Assembly (NCBI GenBank): GCA_038064695.1
Contig: JBBTSO010000004.1
Span: 15,792 to 79,791, forward strand
Source: Patescibacteria group bacterium
Lineage (GTDB): Bacteria; Patescibacteriota; Minisyncoccia; Phycocordibacterales; Phycocordibacteraceae
DNA length: 64,000 bases
Direction of reading: 5' to 3'
Both the position numbers and the translations under genes were made by a program. Numbering within the stretch: the first letter of the stretch is position 1; each line of letters starts with the position of its first letter. Below are positions 41,154-50,131 of this stretch, piece by piece. The notes beneath the pieces are model-generated. The model was not told the origin of the DNA, did not search any database, and was given only the letters and a program-made list of their open reading frames with translations.

Positions 41154-41220
41154 TAGCTCAACTGGTTAGAGCACCCGCCTGTCACGTGGGAGGTTGCGGG
41201 TTCAAGTCCCGTCGACTGCG
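41147..41220 (+). tRNA. tRNA-Asp (GTC)
   Basis: GCAGTCG/CGACTGC-G; CT GTC AC loop. Confidence 0.94.
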
Positions 41221-41294
41221 CACATTTTAAATCTCGCTTTGAAAAAGCGAGATTTTTCGTTAGAATGTCGGGACGAGATAAGCGAACCTGCCTG

Positions 41295-41452
41295 GAAGCC
41301 TAGCGATGCTAGTCTTGCAACGGCGGCGCTCGAAGAGAATATACGCAAGCGTCTATTCTCCTTCTCGCTTGCTGTTGTATCGGGTATGATACAACAGCTT
41401 CACTCGGACGTCATGAAAGCTTGGCTTTCGCGACGCTGCTCGCTTGCCGTTG
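41295..41452 (-). repeat. Two tandem structured elements at the tRNA-Thr(GGT) 5' end
   Basis: Minus strand CAACRGC-AAGCGAG-hairpin-CGAGYG-GCYGTTG-short hairpin, twice. Confidence 0.8.
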
Positions 41453-41521
41453 TAGCTCAGCTGGTAGAGCACTTCCATGGTAAGGAAGAGGTCCCCGGTT
41501 CAATCCCGGGCAACGGCTCCA
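41446..41521 (+). tRNA. tRNA-Thr (GGT)
   Basis: GCCGTTG/CAACGGC-T-CCA; AT GGT AA loop. Confidence 0.95.
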
Positions 41522-41546
41522 GCTTTTCCATTTTTGGGAAAGTGTT

Positions 41547-41622
41547 GCCACCTTAGCTCAGTTGGTAGAGCAATTGCATCGTAAGCAATGGGTCCCCGGT
41601 TCAAGTCCGGGAGGTGGCTCCA
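41547..41622 (+). tRNA. tRNA-Thr (CGT)
   Basis: GCCACCT/AGGTGGC-T-CCA; AT CGT AA loop. Confidence 0.95.
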
Positions 41623-41647
41623 GAACAGTGCGATACACTGCCAGTAT

Positions 41648-42532
41648 ATGACCAAAGACGAGGCAAAAAAACGCATTAAAGAGATTGAGGATGCTATGGC
41701 GCTCCCGGACTTTTGGAATGATTCGGGAAAGGCACAAGCACTCATTAAAGAAATGAAAGACCTTGCTGCGGTCGCTGAAGGCGGGTCGCGTTATGACAAC
41801 GGGCCTGCAACTATTTCTATTCTTGCGGGAGCAGGAGGAGACGATGCTGAAGATTTTGCCGGCATTCTCTTTCGTATGTACCAAGGCTACGCGACCCAAG
41901 AAGGGTACGAGGTGCGTTTTCTTGACGAAAATGAAAACGACCACGGCGGGTACCGCAACGTAACCTTTGAAATAGAAGGAAAGGGCGTGTACGGGAACGT
42001 GAAGCACGAAGCAGGTGTGCATCGCCTGGTACGCATTTCTCCCTTTAACGCGAATGGCAAACGCCAAACGTCGTTCGCACTCGTTGAAGTGTTACCAAAA
42101 GTCACTGACGAAGACGCGGTGGAATTAAAAGACGAAGATTTAGATATTCAATTTGCAAAATCAGGGGGTGCGGGAGGACAAAATGTAAACAAGCGAGAAA
42201 CTGCCGTGCGCATCGTGCACAAACCCACGGGGCTTTCCGTGCACGTTTCAAACGAACGCAGTCAGCAGGCAAACCGTGAACGTGGACTCACGCTCCTCCG
42301 TTCAAAATTATTTAAACAGGAAGAGGAGCGAAAAGAAAAAGAGCGTCGTGGACTTTCTCTTGCTCCAACGACCGCCATTGAGTGGGGAAGTCAGATTCGT
42401 TCGTATGTGCTTCACCCGTACAAGTTAGTGAAAGATCACCGCACCGATACTGAGGTCCACGATGTGGACAGCGTCCTGCACGGAGGCCTAACAGTATTTA
42501 TCCAAGCGATGAAAGAAAGTACGGTAGAATAA
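41648..42532 (+). CDS. prfB: Peptide chain release factor 2, shortened domain 1
   Basis: GVHRLVRISPF, GGQNVNK, WGSQIRSY; 294 aa from ATG 41648. Confidence 0.92.
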   Translation: MTKDEAKKRIKEIEDAMALPDFWNDSGKAQALIKEMKDLAAVAEGGSRYDNGPATISILAGAGGDDAEDFAGILFRMYQGYATQEGYEVRFLDENENDHGGYRNVTFEIEGKGVYGNVKHEAGVHRLVRISPFNANGKRQTSFALVEVLPKVTDEDAVELKDEDLDIQFAKSGGAGGQNVNKRETAVRIVHKPTGLSVHVSNERSQQANRERGLTLLRSKLFKQEEERKEKERRGLSLAPTTAIEWGSQIRSYVLHPYKLVKDHRTDTEVHDVDSVLHGGLTVFIQAMKESTVE

Positions 42533-42546
42533 GTAGTGGTTTTCGT

Positions 42547-43227
42547 ATGATTTATTTTGATAACGTCACCAAAATCTATTCGGACAATTCAGTTGCGTTG
42601 GAGGGAGTAACGCTCACCGTTTCGCCGAAAGAATTTGTTTCTATTGTGGGTCACGCGGGGGCGGGGAAAACGACGCTCCTCAAAATGATCCTCGCCGAGG
42701 AAGCACCCACCACCGGTGCTGTTTATTTTGAATCAGTTGATATTCACAAAATTCCTCGCTCCCAGTTGCATACTCTCCGTCGGAAAATAGGAACAGTGTT
42801 TCAAGACTTTAGATTGATTCCCAACAAAACCGCGTATGAAAATATTGCGTTTGCGATGGAAGCCGCAGGCAGAACCGACGAAGAAATAGCGGGTGACGTG
42901 CCGCACGTGCTTGAACTGGTAGATCTCGCTGAAAAAGCATGGAATTTTCCGCGTGAATTATCCGGTGGTGAACGCCAGCGCGTGGCTATTGGACGTGCCA
43001 TTGTGAACCAGCCGGACGTGCTGTTAGCCGACGAACCAACGGGAAACTTAGACCCTATCAATACGTACCAGGTGGTAGAAATTTTAAAACGCATCAACGA
43101 GCTCGGTACGACGGTGGTTTTGACGAGTCACAATAAAGGAGTGATTGATTCTCTGGGGAAGCGCGTTATCACCATGGACAATGGTCGCGTAGTGCGGGAC
43201 GATAAGGAGGGAAGGTACGTTCTATGA
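42547..43227 (+). CDS. ftsE: Cell division ATP-binding protein FtsE
   Basis: GAGKTT, VFQDFRL, LSGGE, ADEPTGNLD. Confidence 0.93.
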   Translation: MIYFDNVTKIYSDNSVALEGVTLTVSPKEFVSIVGHAGAGKTTLLKMILAEEAPTTGAVYFESVDIHKIPRSQLHTLRRKIGTVFQDFRLIPNKTAYENIAFAMEAAGRTDEEIAGDVPHVLELVDLAEKAWNFPRELSGGERQRVAIGRAIVNQPDVLLADEPTGNLDPINTYQVVEILKRINELGTTVVLTSHNKGVIDSLGKRVITMDNGRVVRDDKEGRYVL

Positions 43228-43400
43228 AATCTTATGAGCGTCGCGAGTTAGATTTCATTGAACCCAGCCTTCTTTGTTTTATGACCACATCCTCAAAAAA
43301 TATGGTAGCGCGTGGCGCGGTTTTAAACAATCCGTTATATTGGTTAAGAAGGCTGGGTAGAAGTTTTTCTAACTACACTGCGTTCAGTAAGAATCACTAA
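43224..43400 (+). other. Palindromic spacer with a 58-codon open frame bridging ftsE and ftsX
   Basis: ATGAAATCT/AGATTTCAT and ACCCAGCCTTCTT/AAGAAGGCTGGGT inverted repeats; ATG overlaps the ftsE TGA, TAA ends 2 nt before the ftsX ATG. Confidence 0.5.
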
Positions 43401-43402
43401 CT

Positions 43403-44323
43403 ATGCTCTGGGTAAACATTAAACGAATTTGTAGGTCTGGCCTCACCAGTTTTATGCGAAACAGTTTTGTTTCGCTTGCGTCGATATTCGTAATGACTAT
43501 GACGCTCGCCATCATTGGTTCCTTGATGTTTTTAAATGGAATTGTGGGGGACTTTATTGCGTACGTTGAAAACAAAGTAGACATCAACGTGTACTTCACG
43601 ACGACGGCGAACGAAGAGGCGATACAGGACCTCTCAAACGAAATAAAAAACTTACCTGAAGTCTCATACTTGGAATACATTTCTCGCGAAACTGCGCTCG
43701 CGCAGTTTCGCGAGCGCCACGTAGACGACCAGTCCACGCTCCAGGCGTTGGACGAGCTTTCTGAAAACCCCTTCGGCGCGGCGCTTTCTATAAAAGCAAA
43801 AGATCCATCGCAGTATGAGGGTATAGCGCAGTATCTAGAAGATAGGCAAACCGACGCTTCCGGAGCGCCTTTTATAGACTCAATCAACTATGCTCAGAAC
43901 AAAACAGTGATTGACCAGCTTCAACTCCTTACGAAATACGTTGAGCGTTTCGGGTATGCCATTATCATCCTTTTCGCGTTGGCATCTATTTTGATTACCT
44001 TTAATACCCTCCGCCTTGCCATTTACACTGCCCGTGAAGAAATAAGCGTCATGCGCCTTGTAGGGGCTTCCAACGCCTATATTAGGGGTCCTTTTATCGT
44101 AGAGGGGACACTCTACGGCATGGTTTCGGGCGGCATTGCCTTGGCACTTTTCTTTCCCGTAACCTACCTTTTAAGAGACGCAACGGTTACCGCCTTCGGA
44201 ACAGACATCTTTGGCATGTACCTTGAACAGTTCTTCGTATTCTTCATTACGCTCATTTTCGTTGGCGCGCTCCTTGGTGCGGTTTCTAGTTTTCTTGCAG
44301 TGAGGAAGTACTTGAGTGTTTAG
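43403..44323 (+). CDS. ftsX: Cell division permease FtsX
   Basis: NTLRLAI..REEI.VM.LVGA....IRGPF.VEG. Confidence 0.94.
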   Translation: MLWVNIKRICRSGLTSFMRNSFVSLASIFVMTMTLAIIGSLMFLNGIVGDFIAYVENKVDINVYFTTTANEEAIQDLSNEIKNLPEVSYLEYISRETALAQFRERHVDDQSTLQALDELSENPFGAALSIKAKDPSQYEGIAQYLEDRQTDASGAPFIDSINYAQNKTVIDQLQLLTKYVERFGYAIIILFALASILITFNTLRLAIYTAREEISVMRLVGASNAYIRGPFIVEGTLYGMVSGGIALALFFPVTYLLRDATVTAFGTDIFGMYLEQFFVFFITLIFVGALLGAVSSFLAVRKYLSV

Positions 44324-44405
44324 TATTGAGTATTCAGTATTCTGTATTGAACCTTAAGCAGTGGGGTCGCCTGAACTGGAAACTATATACTGAATACGGT
44401 ATACT
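44306..44405. repeat. Bipartite inverted heptamer repeat
   Basis: (TnAGTAT)-like x6 beginning inside the ftsX 3' end; (TACTGAA)-like arm overlapping the pyrG -10 box. Confidence 0.7.
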
Positions 44406-44413
44406 TTTATGAT

Positions 44414-46132
44414 ATGAGCAGCTCTCGCGAAACTCAAACACAAAAGCGCGGGAGAGCCCCCCTCAAAAAGAAAAAAAATCATAAGTATCTCTTCGTCATC
44501 GGTGGAGTGATGAGTGGCGTGGGGAAAGGTATTGCGGCTTCCTCTATCGCGTTGATTTTAAAGAACGAAGGGTACCGGGTGAACACGGTAAAGGTAGACC
44601 CGTATTTGAATGTTGATGCAGGAACGATGAATCCTACCGAACACGGGGAGGTGTTTGTGCTTGAGAGCGGCTTGGAAACCGACCAAGACATGGGGAACTA
44701 TGAGCGATTTCTAAACGTAGCGCTCAAATCGCACGACTATATGACGAGCGGTATGGTGTATTCCACCGTTATTGAACACGAACGTAACCTTGCCTACGGG
44801 GGTAAGTGCGTGGAAGCCATTCCACACGTGCGTGATGAAATTATTCGCCGCTTCCGCACCGCGGCGGAAATGAATAACTCGGATGTTTCCGTTATTGAAA
44901 TTGGGGGAACCGTGGGAGATTTTCAAAATGAATTATTTATTGAAGCAGCGCGCGCGCTCAAAGTAGAACACCCACAGGATGTTATGTTCGCGTTGGTGTC
45001 GTACCTCCCGATTCCAGGGAGCTTGGGAGAGATGAAAACAAAACCAACGCAGAACGCCATTCGCCAGTTGAACTCGTACGGCGTGCAGGCAGACATTGTC
45101 ATCGCCCGCTCCAAAGTTGCCTTAGACGCGCGTCGCAAGGAGAAAATCGCAACTAGTTGCAACGTGCTCGCGGCAAATATTATTTCAGCGCCCGACGTTG
45201 AGAGCATTTACGACGTACCCATTAACTTTGAAAAAGAAAAGGTAGGAGCAATCGTGGTGAAGACGCTCGGGTTGCCGTACCGTAAGGCAAAAATGGGTGA
45301 GTGGGAGCGCTTTGTGGCGAAAATTAAAAATGGAACAGGTGAAGTAAAGATTGGGATTGCCGGAAAATATTTTGATACGGGAGACTTCGTGTTGACGGAC
45401 GCGTACCTTTCAGTCATTGAGGCAATTAAATTTTCCGCTGCAGAGTGTGGCGTGAAGGTGTCTATTGATTGGATTAATGCCAAAGATTTTCAGGTGGCAA
45501 AACCGAATGTGGCAGTGCTTAAAAAATATGACGGACTTATTGTGCCGGGCGGGTTTGGTGAAACAGGCATTGAAGGGAAAATAAAAGTTATACAGTACGC
45601 GCGTGAAAATAACATCCCGTACTTCGGCCTCTGTTACGGTATGCAACTGGCGGTCGTTGAGTACGCGCGAAACGTGTTGGGAATTACTAACGCACACACC
45701 ACTGAAATAAACCCTCAGACGAAAGATCCCATTATTGACGTGATGCCTGACCAAAAGAAAATTATTAAAGATAAAAACTACGGCGGCACGATGCGTTTGG
45801 GAACGTACCCCGCGCTTTTGAAAAAAGATTCTATCGCGGCACGCGCGTACGGCGCCTCAAAAGTGTCTGAGCGTCACCGTCATCGCTATGAGGTGAATCC
45901 CGAGTATATTAAGCGGCTGGAGGAGGGAGGGATGGTATTTTCAGGCGTTTCTCCCGACGGGGTTTTGATGGAAATTGCTGAATTAAAAGAGGGGAAACAT
46001 CCTTTTTTCCTAGGCACGCAGTTTCATCCTGAACTTCAGGCACGTCCTCTTGCGCCGCACCCACTGTTCACCGCGTTTATAAAAGCGTCACTCAAAGGAA
46101 AGAAAACATTATCAGTTAAAAGTACAAAGTAG
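44414..46132 (+). CDS. pyrG: CTP synthase
   Basis: GGVMSGVGKG, DPYLNVDAGT, KTKPTQ, GLCYGMQ, QFHPE. Confidence 0.98.
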   Translation: MSSSRETQTQKRGRAPLKKKKNHKYLFVIGGVMSGVGKGIAASSIALILKNEGYRVNTVKVDPYLNVDAGTMNPTEHGEVFVLESGLETDQDMGNYERFLNVALKSHDYMTSGMVYSTVIEHERNLAYGGKCVEAIPHVRDEIIRRFRTAAEMNNSDVSVIEIGGTVGDFQNELFIEAARALKVEHPQDVMFALVSYLPIPGSLGEMKTKPTQNAIRQLNSYGVQADIVIARSKVALDARRKEKIATSCNVLAANIISAPDVESIYDVPINFEKEKVGAIVVKTLGLPYRKAKMGEWERFVAKIKNGTGEVKIGIAGKYFDTGDFVLTDAYLSVIEAIKFSAAECGVKVSIDWINAKDFQVAKPNVAVLKKYDGLIVPGGFGETGIEGKIKVIQYARENNIPYFGLCYGMQLAVVEYARNVLGITNAHTTEINPQTKDPIIDVMPDQKKIIKDKNYGGTMRLGTYPALLKKDSIAARAYGASKVSERHRHRYEVNPEYIKRLEEGGMVFSGVSPDGVLMEIAELKEGKHPFFLGTQFHPELQARPLAPHPLFTAFIKASLKGKKTLSVKSTK

Positions 46133-46133
46133 T

Positions 46134-46694
46134 ATGAACGAGTCATCATCTCCCCGCGACGTTGCCGTTTTTGGTGGCGGGTGTTTCTGGTGTACTGAAG
46201 CAGTGTTCAAAATGCTGAAAGGGGTGTACGCCGTGGGCCCGGGGTACACAGGCGGGCGCGTGGCGAACCCCTCGTACGATCAGGTGTCTATGGGAAACAC
46301 GGGACACGTTGAGGTGGTGCGCGTGGAGTATGACCCGCGTGAAGTCTCGTACAAAACGCTCCTCACCATTTTCTTTGCGTCACACGACGCGACACAGGTG
46401 AATAGGCAGGGGAATGATGTGGGAGAACAGTACCGCTCGGTCATTTTTTACACATCGGAGTCACAGAAACAGGAAGCCGAAATGTTCATCGCAACGCTTG
46501 ATGCATCAGCAAAAGACGGCGACCCGATAGCAACCACCGTGGAGCCGCTCGGTGAGTTTTATGACGCCGAAGGGTACCACAAAGATTTTTACGCGCGGAA
46601 CCCAAACCAAGGGTACTGCCAAGTCATCATTGCGCCCAAACTACAAAAGGTACAAAAAGAGTTCGCGGAACTTTTAAAAAGTAGTGCCGCATGA
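46134..46694 (+). CDS. msrA: Peptide methionine sulfoxide reductase A
   Basis: GGGCFWCTE, GHVE, QYRS, AEGYH. Confidence 0.96.
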   Translation: MNESSSPRDVAVFGGGCFWCTEAVFKMLKGVYAVGPGYTGGRVANPSYDQVSMGNTGHVEVVRVEYDPREVSYKTLLTIFFASHDATQVNRQGNDVGEQYRSVIFYTSESQKQEAEMFIATLDASAKDGDPIATTVEPLGEFYDAEGYHKDFYARNPNQGYCQVIIAPKLQKVQKEFAELLKSSAA

Positions 46695-47140
46695 TAAACC
46701 TGTTTGGTTTTTCTATTTTCCTCATCCATATTCACGTAACTACCCTCGCGCTGCTTCTGTGCGCGGTTGCATTCGCGGACCATGAAGCGTTTGCGTGGCT
46801 TCGGGGGAAGAAGGAGACACTCTCAAAAAAGATTTTGATGCGCGTGCACCTCTTTACGTGGGCGGGGCTTTTGGTGATGGTTACCACCGGCGTTCAAATG
46901 GCGTTGCCACTCGCTGACTTTTTAGTAACTAATGTTGCATTTTACTTTAAAATGTTTTTTGTAAGCGCACTCATTATAAATGCGGTGGTGATAGGGTTTT
47001 TATTGAACGTCGCGGCGGAGCGCTCGTTTGCGAGTCTTTCTCGTAAGGAGCGCATTCCGCTTTTTATAAGCGGTGGCGTTTCAACCGTAAGTTGGATAGG
47101 GGCAATCGTATCGGCATTCGCTATGGGAATTGGTCTTTAA
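46691..47140 (+). CDS. Hypothetical 4-TM membrane protein
   Basis: Hydrophobic segments with His residues; coupled to msrA. Confidence 0.7.
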   Translation: MINLFGFSIFLIHIHVTTLALLLCAVAFADHEAFAWLRGKKETLSKKILMRVHLFTWAGLLVMVTTGVQMALPLADFLVTNVAFYFKMFFVSALIINAVVIGFLLNVAAERSFASLSRKERIPLFISGGVSTVSWIGAIVSAFAMGIGL

Positions 47141-47174
47141 ACAAAACCCCCTCCATGTGGAGGGGGTTTTGTTT
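47139..47174. terminator. Bidirectional intrinsic terminator
   Basis: AAACAAAACCCCCTCC-ATGT-GGAGGGGGTTTTGTTT. Confidence 0.85.
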
Positions 47175-47183
47175 ATAAAGAAG

Positions 47184-47660
47184 TTACTCGGTAACCGTTA
47201 AAGTTCCGACCATTCCCATCTGGCGGTGAGTACCTACTGAACAGTAGTACTCAAACGTGCCCACTTTGTCGGCAACGAACTCAACTGTTTCTTCTGTGCC
47301 TCCTTGAAGTTGTTTAGTTTTTACATTGAACTCGTCAATTACAAAGTCGTGGAGACCGTCCACATTCTTAAAGGTAATGCGCACCGTCTCACCCTTTTTT
47401 GCAGTTATGGTGTTCGGCTTAAAATAAAACTTTCCGCCTTCCACATTTATAAGGTTCACGAGTGAGTTGGTATCGTCTGCAGCGAGGGCTCCGTCGTCTT
47501 CCACAACCATTTCTTCTACTCCCTCTACTCCAGGAACAGGCATCGTGTTTTGAACGGCACCCTCTTCCGCTTTAGACGTGTCAGCGGGCTGGTTTCGAGA
47601 GAGGTAGTATGCACCTCCAAAAACAAGAACGAGTATCAGTATTGCAATAGTTGTCTTCAT
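47184..47660 (-). CDS. Cupredoxin-domain protein
   Basis: N-terminal TM, HDF and YYCSVGTHRQMGM type-1 copper ligands. Confidence 0.9.
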   Translation of the reverse strand: MKTTIAILILVLVFGGAYYLSRNQPADTSKAEEGAVQNTMPVPGVEGVEEMVVEDDGALAADDTNSLVNLINVEGGKFYFKPNTITAKKGETVRITFKNVDGLHDFVIDEFNVKTKQLQGGTEETVEFVADKVGTFEYYCSVGTHRQMGMVGTLTVTE

Positions 47661-47751
47661 AGTGTTTTTTATTAATTTCTTGTCTTTCCAGTATAACGTA
47701 TGCTGTTCATTGAAAAAGGCTTTTCTTTTGTTACTGTTCATTATGAGGTGT

Positions 47752-48684
47752 ATGAAGTCTCTTTACGTAGCCTTTGGTTTAGCAACACTGTTCCTTCTTT
47801 TAACATTTCCACTTCGTGTAGGTGTGGCACCCGCTTTGCCTAAAGAAGAACCGAAAGACGAGGCAACGCTCCTGTTTGGGGGAGATATGATGTTTGATCG
47901 CTATATTCGGCAAGTGACCGAAATAGTCGGTGGGGATTACGTGTTTTCGTGTATTGCCCCGCTCTTGCTTGAAGTTGACGGGGTCGTGGCAAACCTTGAA
48001 GGCCCCATTACAAACTTTCCCTCAGTGAGCGTGGGTACTGACGAGACGATGCAGGGGCACTTTTCGTTTACCTTTCCTCCTGAAACAGCGGAGGTGTTAA
48101 AGCGTCATAACTTTTTGGCGGTGAACCTTGGAAACAACCACATCGTGAACCTTAGTCTGAAAGGCATTAGACAAACGAAAGTGTATCTGGAGGCGTCTGG
48201 CGTGGCGTATTTTGGCGACCCTGAAGCGAGCGAAGAGGGAAGAGTGTTACGCAAAGTGGTAAACAACATTCCATTTTCGTTTGTTTCGTGGAGCGACTGG
48301 ACTTCAGATAAGACTGACCACACCGTTCAACAGGTAAAAAAGGAAAAAGAGTTGGGAAATGTGGTTGTGGTGTACGCCCACTGGGGGGAAGAGTATGTTC
48401 CTAGGACGGAGAAAATGAAGACGCTGGCGCGGCAGTTTGTGGACGCGGGTGCGAGCCTCGTGGTTGGCTCGCACCCGCACGTGGTGCAAGAGAGCGAGCG
48501 ATACAAAAATGTTTCTATCTACTATTCCCTTGGCAACTTCGTCTTTGACCAGTATTTCTCTGATGCGGTCCGCAACGGACTTTTGCTTGAAGTTACCTTT
48601 GACGCGGACGGGGTGGAGAGTATTAAAGAGATTCCGATTGTGTTAAACCCCGACGGGCGCACCTGTTTTCGCGATCGCGATTGA
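47752..48684 (+). CDS. CapA family metallophosphatase
   Basis: GGDMM, NLEG, GNNH, HWGEEY, GSHPH, YSLGNF. Confidence 0.92.
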   Translation: MKSLYVAFGLATLFLLLTFPLRVGVAPALPKEEPKDEATLLFGGDMMFDRYIRQVTEIVGGDYVFSCIAPLLLEVDGVVANLEGPITNFPSVSVGTDETMQGHFSFTFPPETAEVLKRHNFLAVNLGNNHIVNLSLKGIRQTKVYLEASGVAYFGDPEASEEGRVLRKVVNNIPFSFVSWSDWTSDKTDHTVQQVKKEKELGNVVVVYAHWGEEYVPRTEKMKTLARQFVDAGASLVVGSHPHVVQESERYKNVSIYYSLGNFVFDQYFSDAVRNGLLLEVTFDADGVESIKEIPIVLNPDGRTCFRDRD

Positions 48685-48710
48685 AAAAACTTTTTGTTAT
48701 TTTTATTCTA

Positions 48711-49451
48711 CTATTTTGACACTCCTCGGAAATAGTCCGTCCCTCGGCCTTCTGGCCATTTTTGCGTTTCAATAAAGCGGCATAGGTAGGAATAAAAATT
48801 CACAGCCGATTGAATCGACGCTAATTTAATTCCTATGAATAATGTTGGATTAGTGTTAAAACTTTTCTTCAGGTAAATGGCGTCGGTTGGTAATATTGCT
48901 ATTTTGCTCCCATCTCCATGAACAATTCCATTTCTCTTGGAGTATAGATAATCCGCATAACCAATAACAGACGAGGGAACCTTGTTTCCTCTCGGTTTAT
49001 ATGAAAGGTGGATGCGGCCATCGTTAGCGTTAACCCTGGGACGGTTTAATTCTTGGCTTTCAACCTGCAGGCAGGTTTCCAAGAGTGTTCTAAGTTTTTT
49101 TGAATGACGTTCGCGTAGAAAATTAATTCGTACCAATTCTTCGATTCTCATTTTCACGTCCTCTTTCGGATTTTCTGAAGAGAGTATTTCATAAAACTCT
49201 TTGGCGTTAATGGTAGTATCTTTGACTTTATTAAGAACACTATCTTTAAATTCGGGAGAACTCTCTGCAAAAATGAGCAGTAAATAATCTAACAAGACAT
49301 CGAAACGGTTCACGAGATTTGTATATACCAAACGCTGTAGGTGTTTCCTATTTGCTTCTACTTTAATATTCTTCAGTTCGATAAGTGCTGATTCAATCTC
49401 GGTTTTTGAAAATTTCTCGAATTTTTTTATTAAGTTATCCGCTTCTTTCAT
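48711..49451 (-). CDS. HEPN-like putative RNase
   Basis: Helical protein with RNGIVH (R-x4-H) followed by GDG. Confidence 0.6.
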   Translation of the reverse strand: MKEADNLIKKFEKFSKTEIESALIELKNIKVEANRKHLQRLVYTNLVNRFDVLLDYLLLIFAESSPEFKDSVLNKVKDTTINAKEFYEILSSENPKEDVKMRIEELVRINFLRERHSKKLRTLLETCLQVESQELNRPRVNANDGRIHLSYKPRGNKVPSSVIGYADYLYSKRNGIVHGDGSKIAILPTDAIYLKKSFNTNPTLFIGIKLASIQSAVNFYSYLCRFIETQKWPEGRGTDYFRGVSK

Positions 49452-49631
49452 AGGGTTAATTATACTCCCCGGAATCCGAACCTATCTCAATATACCTTCT
49501 TGTGCCTAAGACGGCATATGTCCTACTTTCGAGCGAACGAGGGTAATGAAAAAGTATGTTCATGCGCACAGCTGCGATGTCTGGTCCCGTACCACGTAAG
49601 TGAGACTGTTGAGCCTTATTGTAGCCGACTT

Positions 49632-50021
49632 TCAATTCTCACGCTGACGGCTTTGGGTCGATGTATTTAAGAGATACTCTTCCCACACTATCGGATACTG
49701 CTCGTGAGTTTTTGCCTCGACAAAAGCTACGCCCGAAGGAGTAAGTTCTCCCACTTTTCTAAACGGTCTCCATTCCAACCTCTTGAGAAGTCTTGCCTCG
49801 ACCAGGTGACTATCCTTGAACCGGACTTCGTAGGGGTTTCCCTGCAGATCGTTTTGCTCAAAATGCTCTTCTAGCATAGGGATGTTATCCGCATACTGCG
49901 GAGCGCTGGTTATCATTACCCCAACGAAGTAAGAGTCGTCATGACCGTCCAAAAAGACGATCGGGTGGATGGCGTCCGACCCCTTTCGACCGTATAAAAT
50001 ATCGCCCTTGTTCCATTCCAT
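49632..50021 (-). CDS. PemK/MazF-like protein
   Basis: GDILY, HPIVFL, GVMITS, DSHL, VGELT pattern. Confidence 0.5.
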   Translation of the reverse strand: MEWNKGDILYGRKGSDAIHPIVFLDGHDDSYFVGVMITSAPQYADNIPMLEEHFEQNDLQGNPYEVRFKDSHLVEARLLKRLEWRPFRKVGELTPSGVAFVEAKTHEQYPIVWEEYLLNTSTQSRQREN

Positions 50022-50028
50022 ATATGAC

Positions 50029-50062
50029 TTTTGTACCAAAATTATACAGTTTTGTACCAAAA
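50029..50062. promoter_or_regulatory. Paired operator-like palindromes
   Basis: TTTTGTACCAAAA at 50029 and 50050 flanking a minus-strand TATAAT. Confidence 0.6.
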
Positions 50063-50131
50063 AACGGCATCTGTATTTCCCCCGGGGAGAAATAGGCCGC
50101 TTTTTGTCTCGGCCCCCTATATACTTGAAAT

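Noticed and set aside
40979-41452. CRISPR array (regular ~73-nt period)
   Set aside because: The repeats are 7-9 nt tRNA 5' ends, the spacers are related to each other and structured, and there are no cas genes in the window.
41588-41647. Longer prfB start or a programmed frameshift
   Set aside because: The extension lies inside tRNA-Thr(CGT) and no CTT-TGA slippery site is present.
49465-49482. Possible att remnant CTCCCCGGAATCCGAACC resembling an antisense tRNA 3' end
   Set aside because: Poor match to the tRNA-Gln at 62345-62415 and island-type genes continue beyond it.
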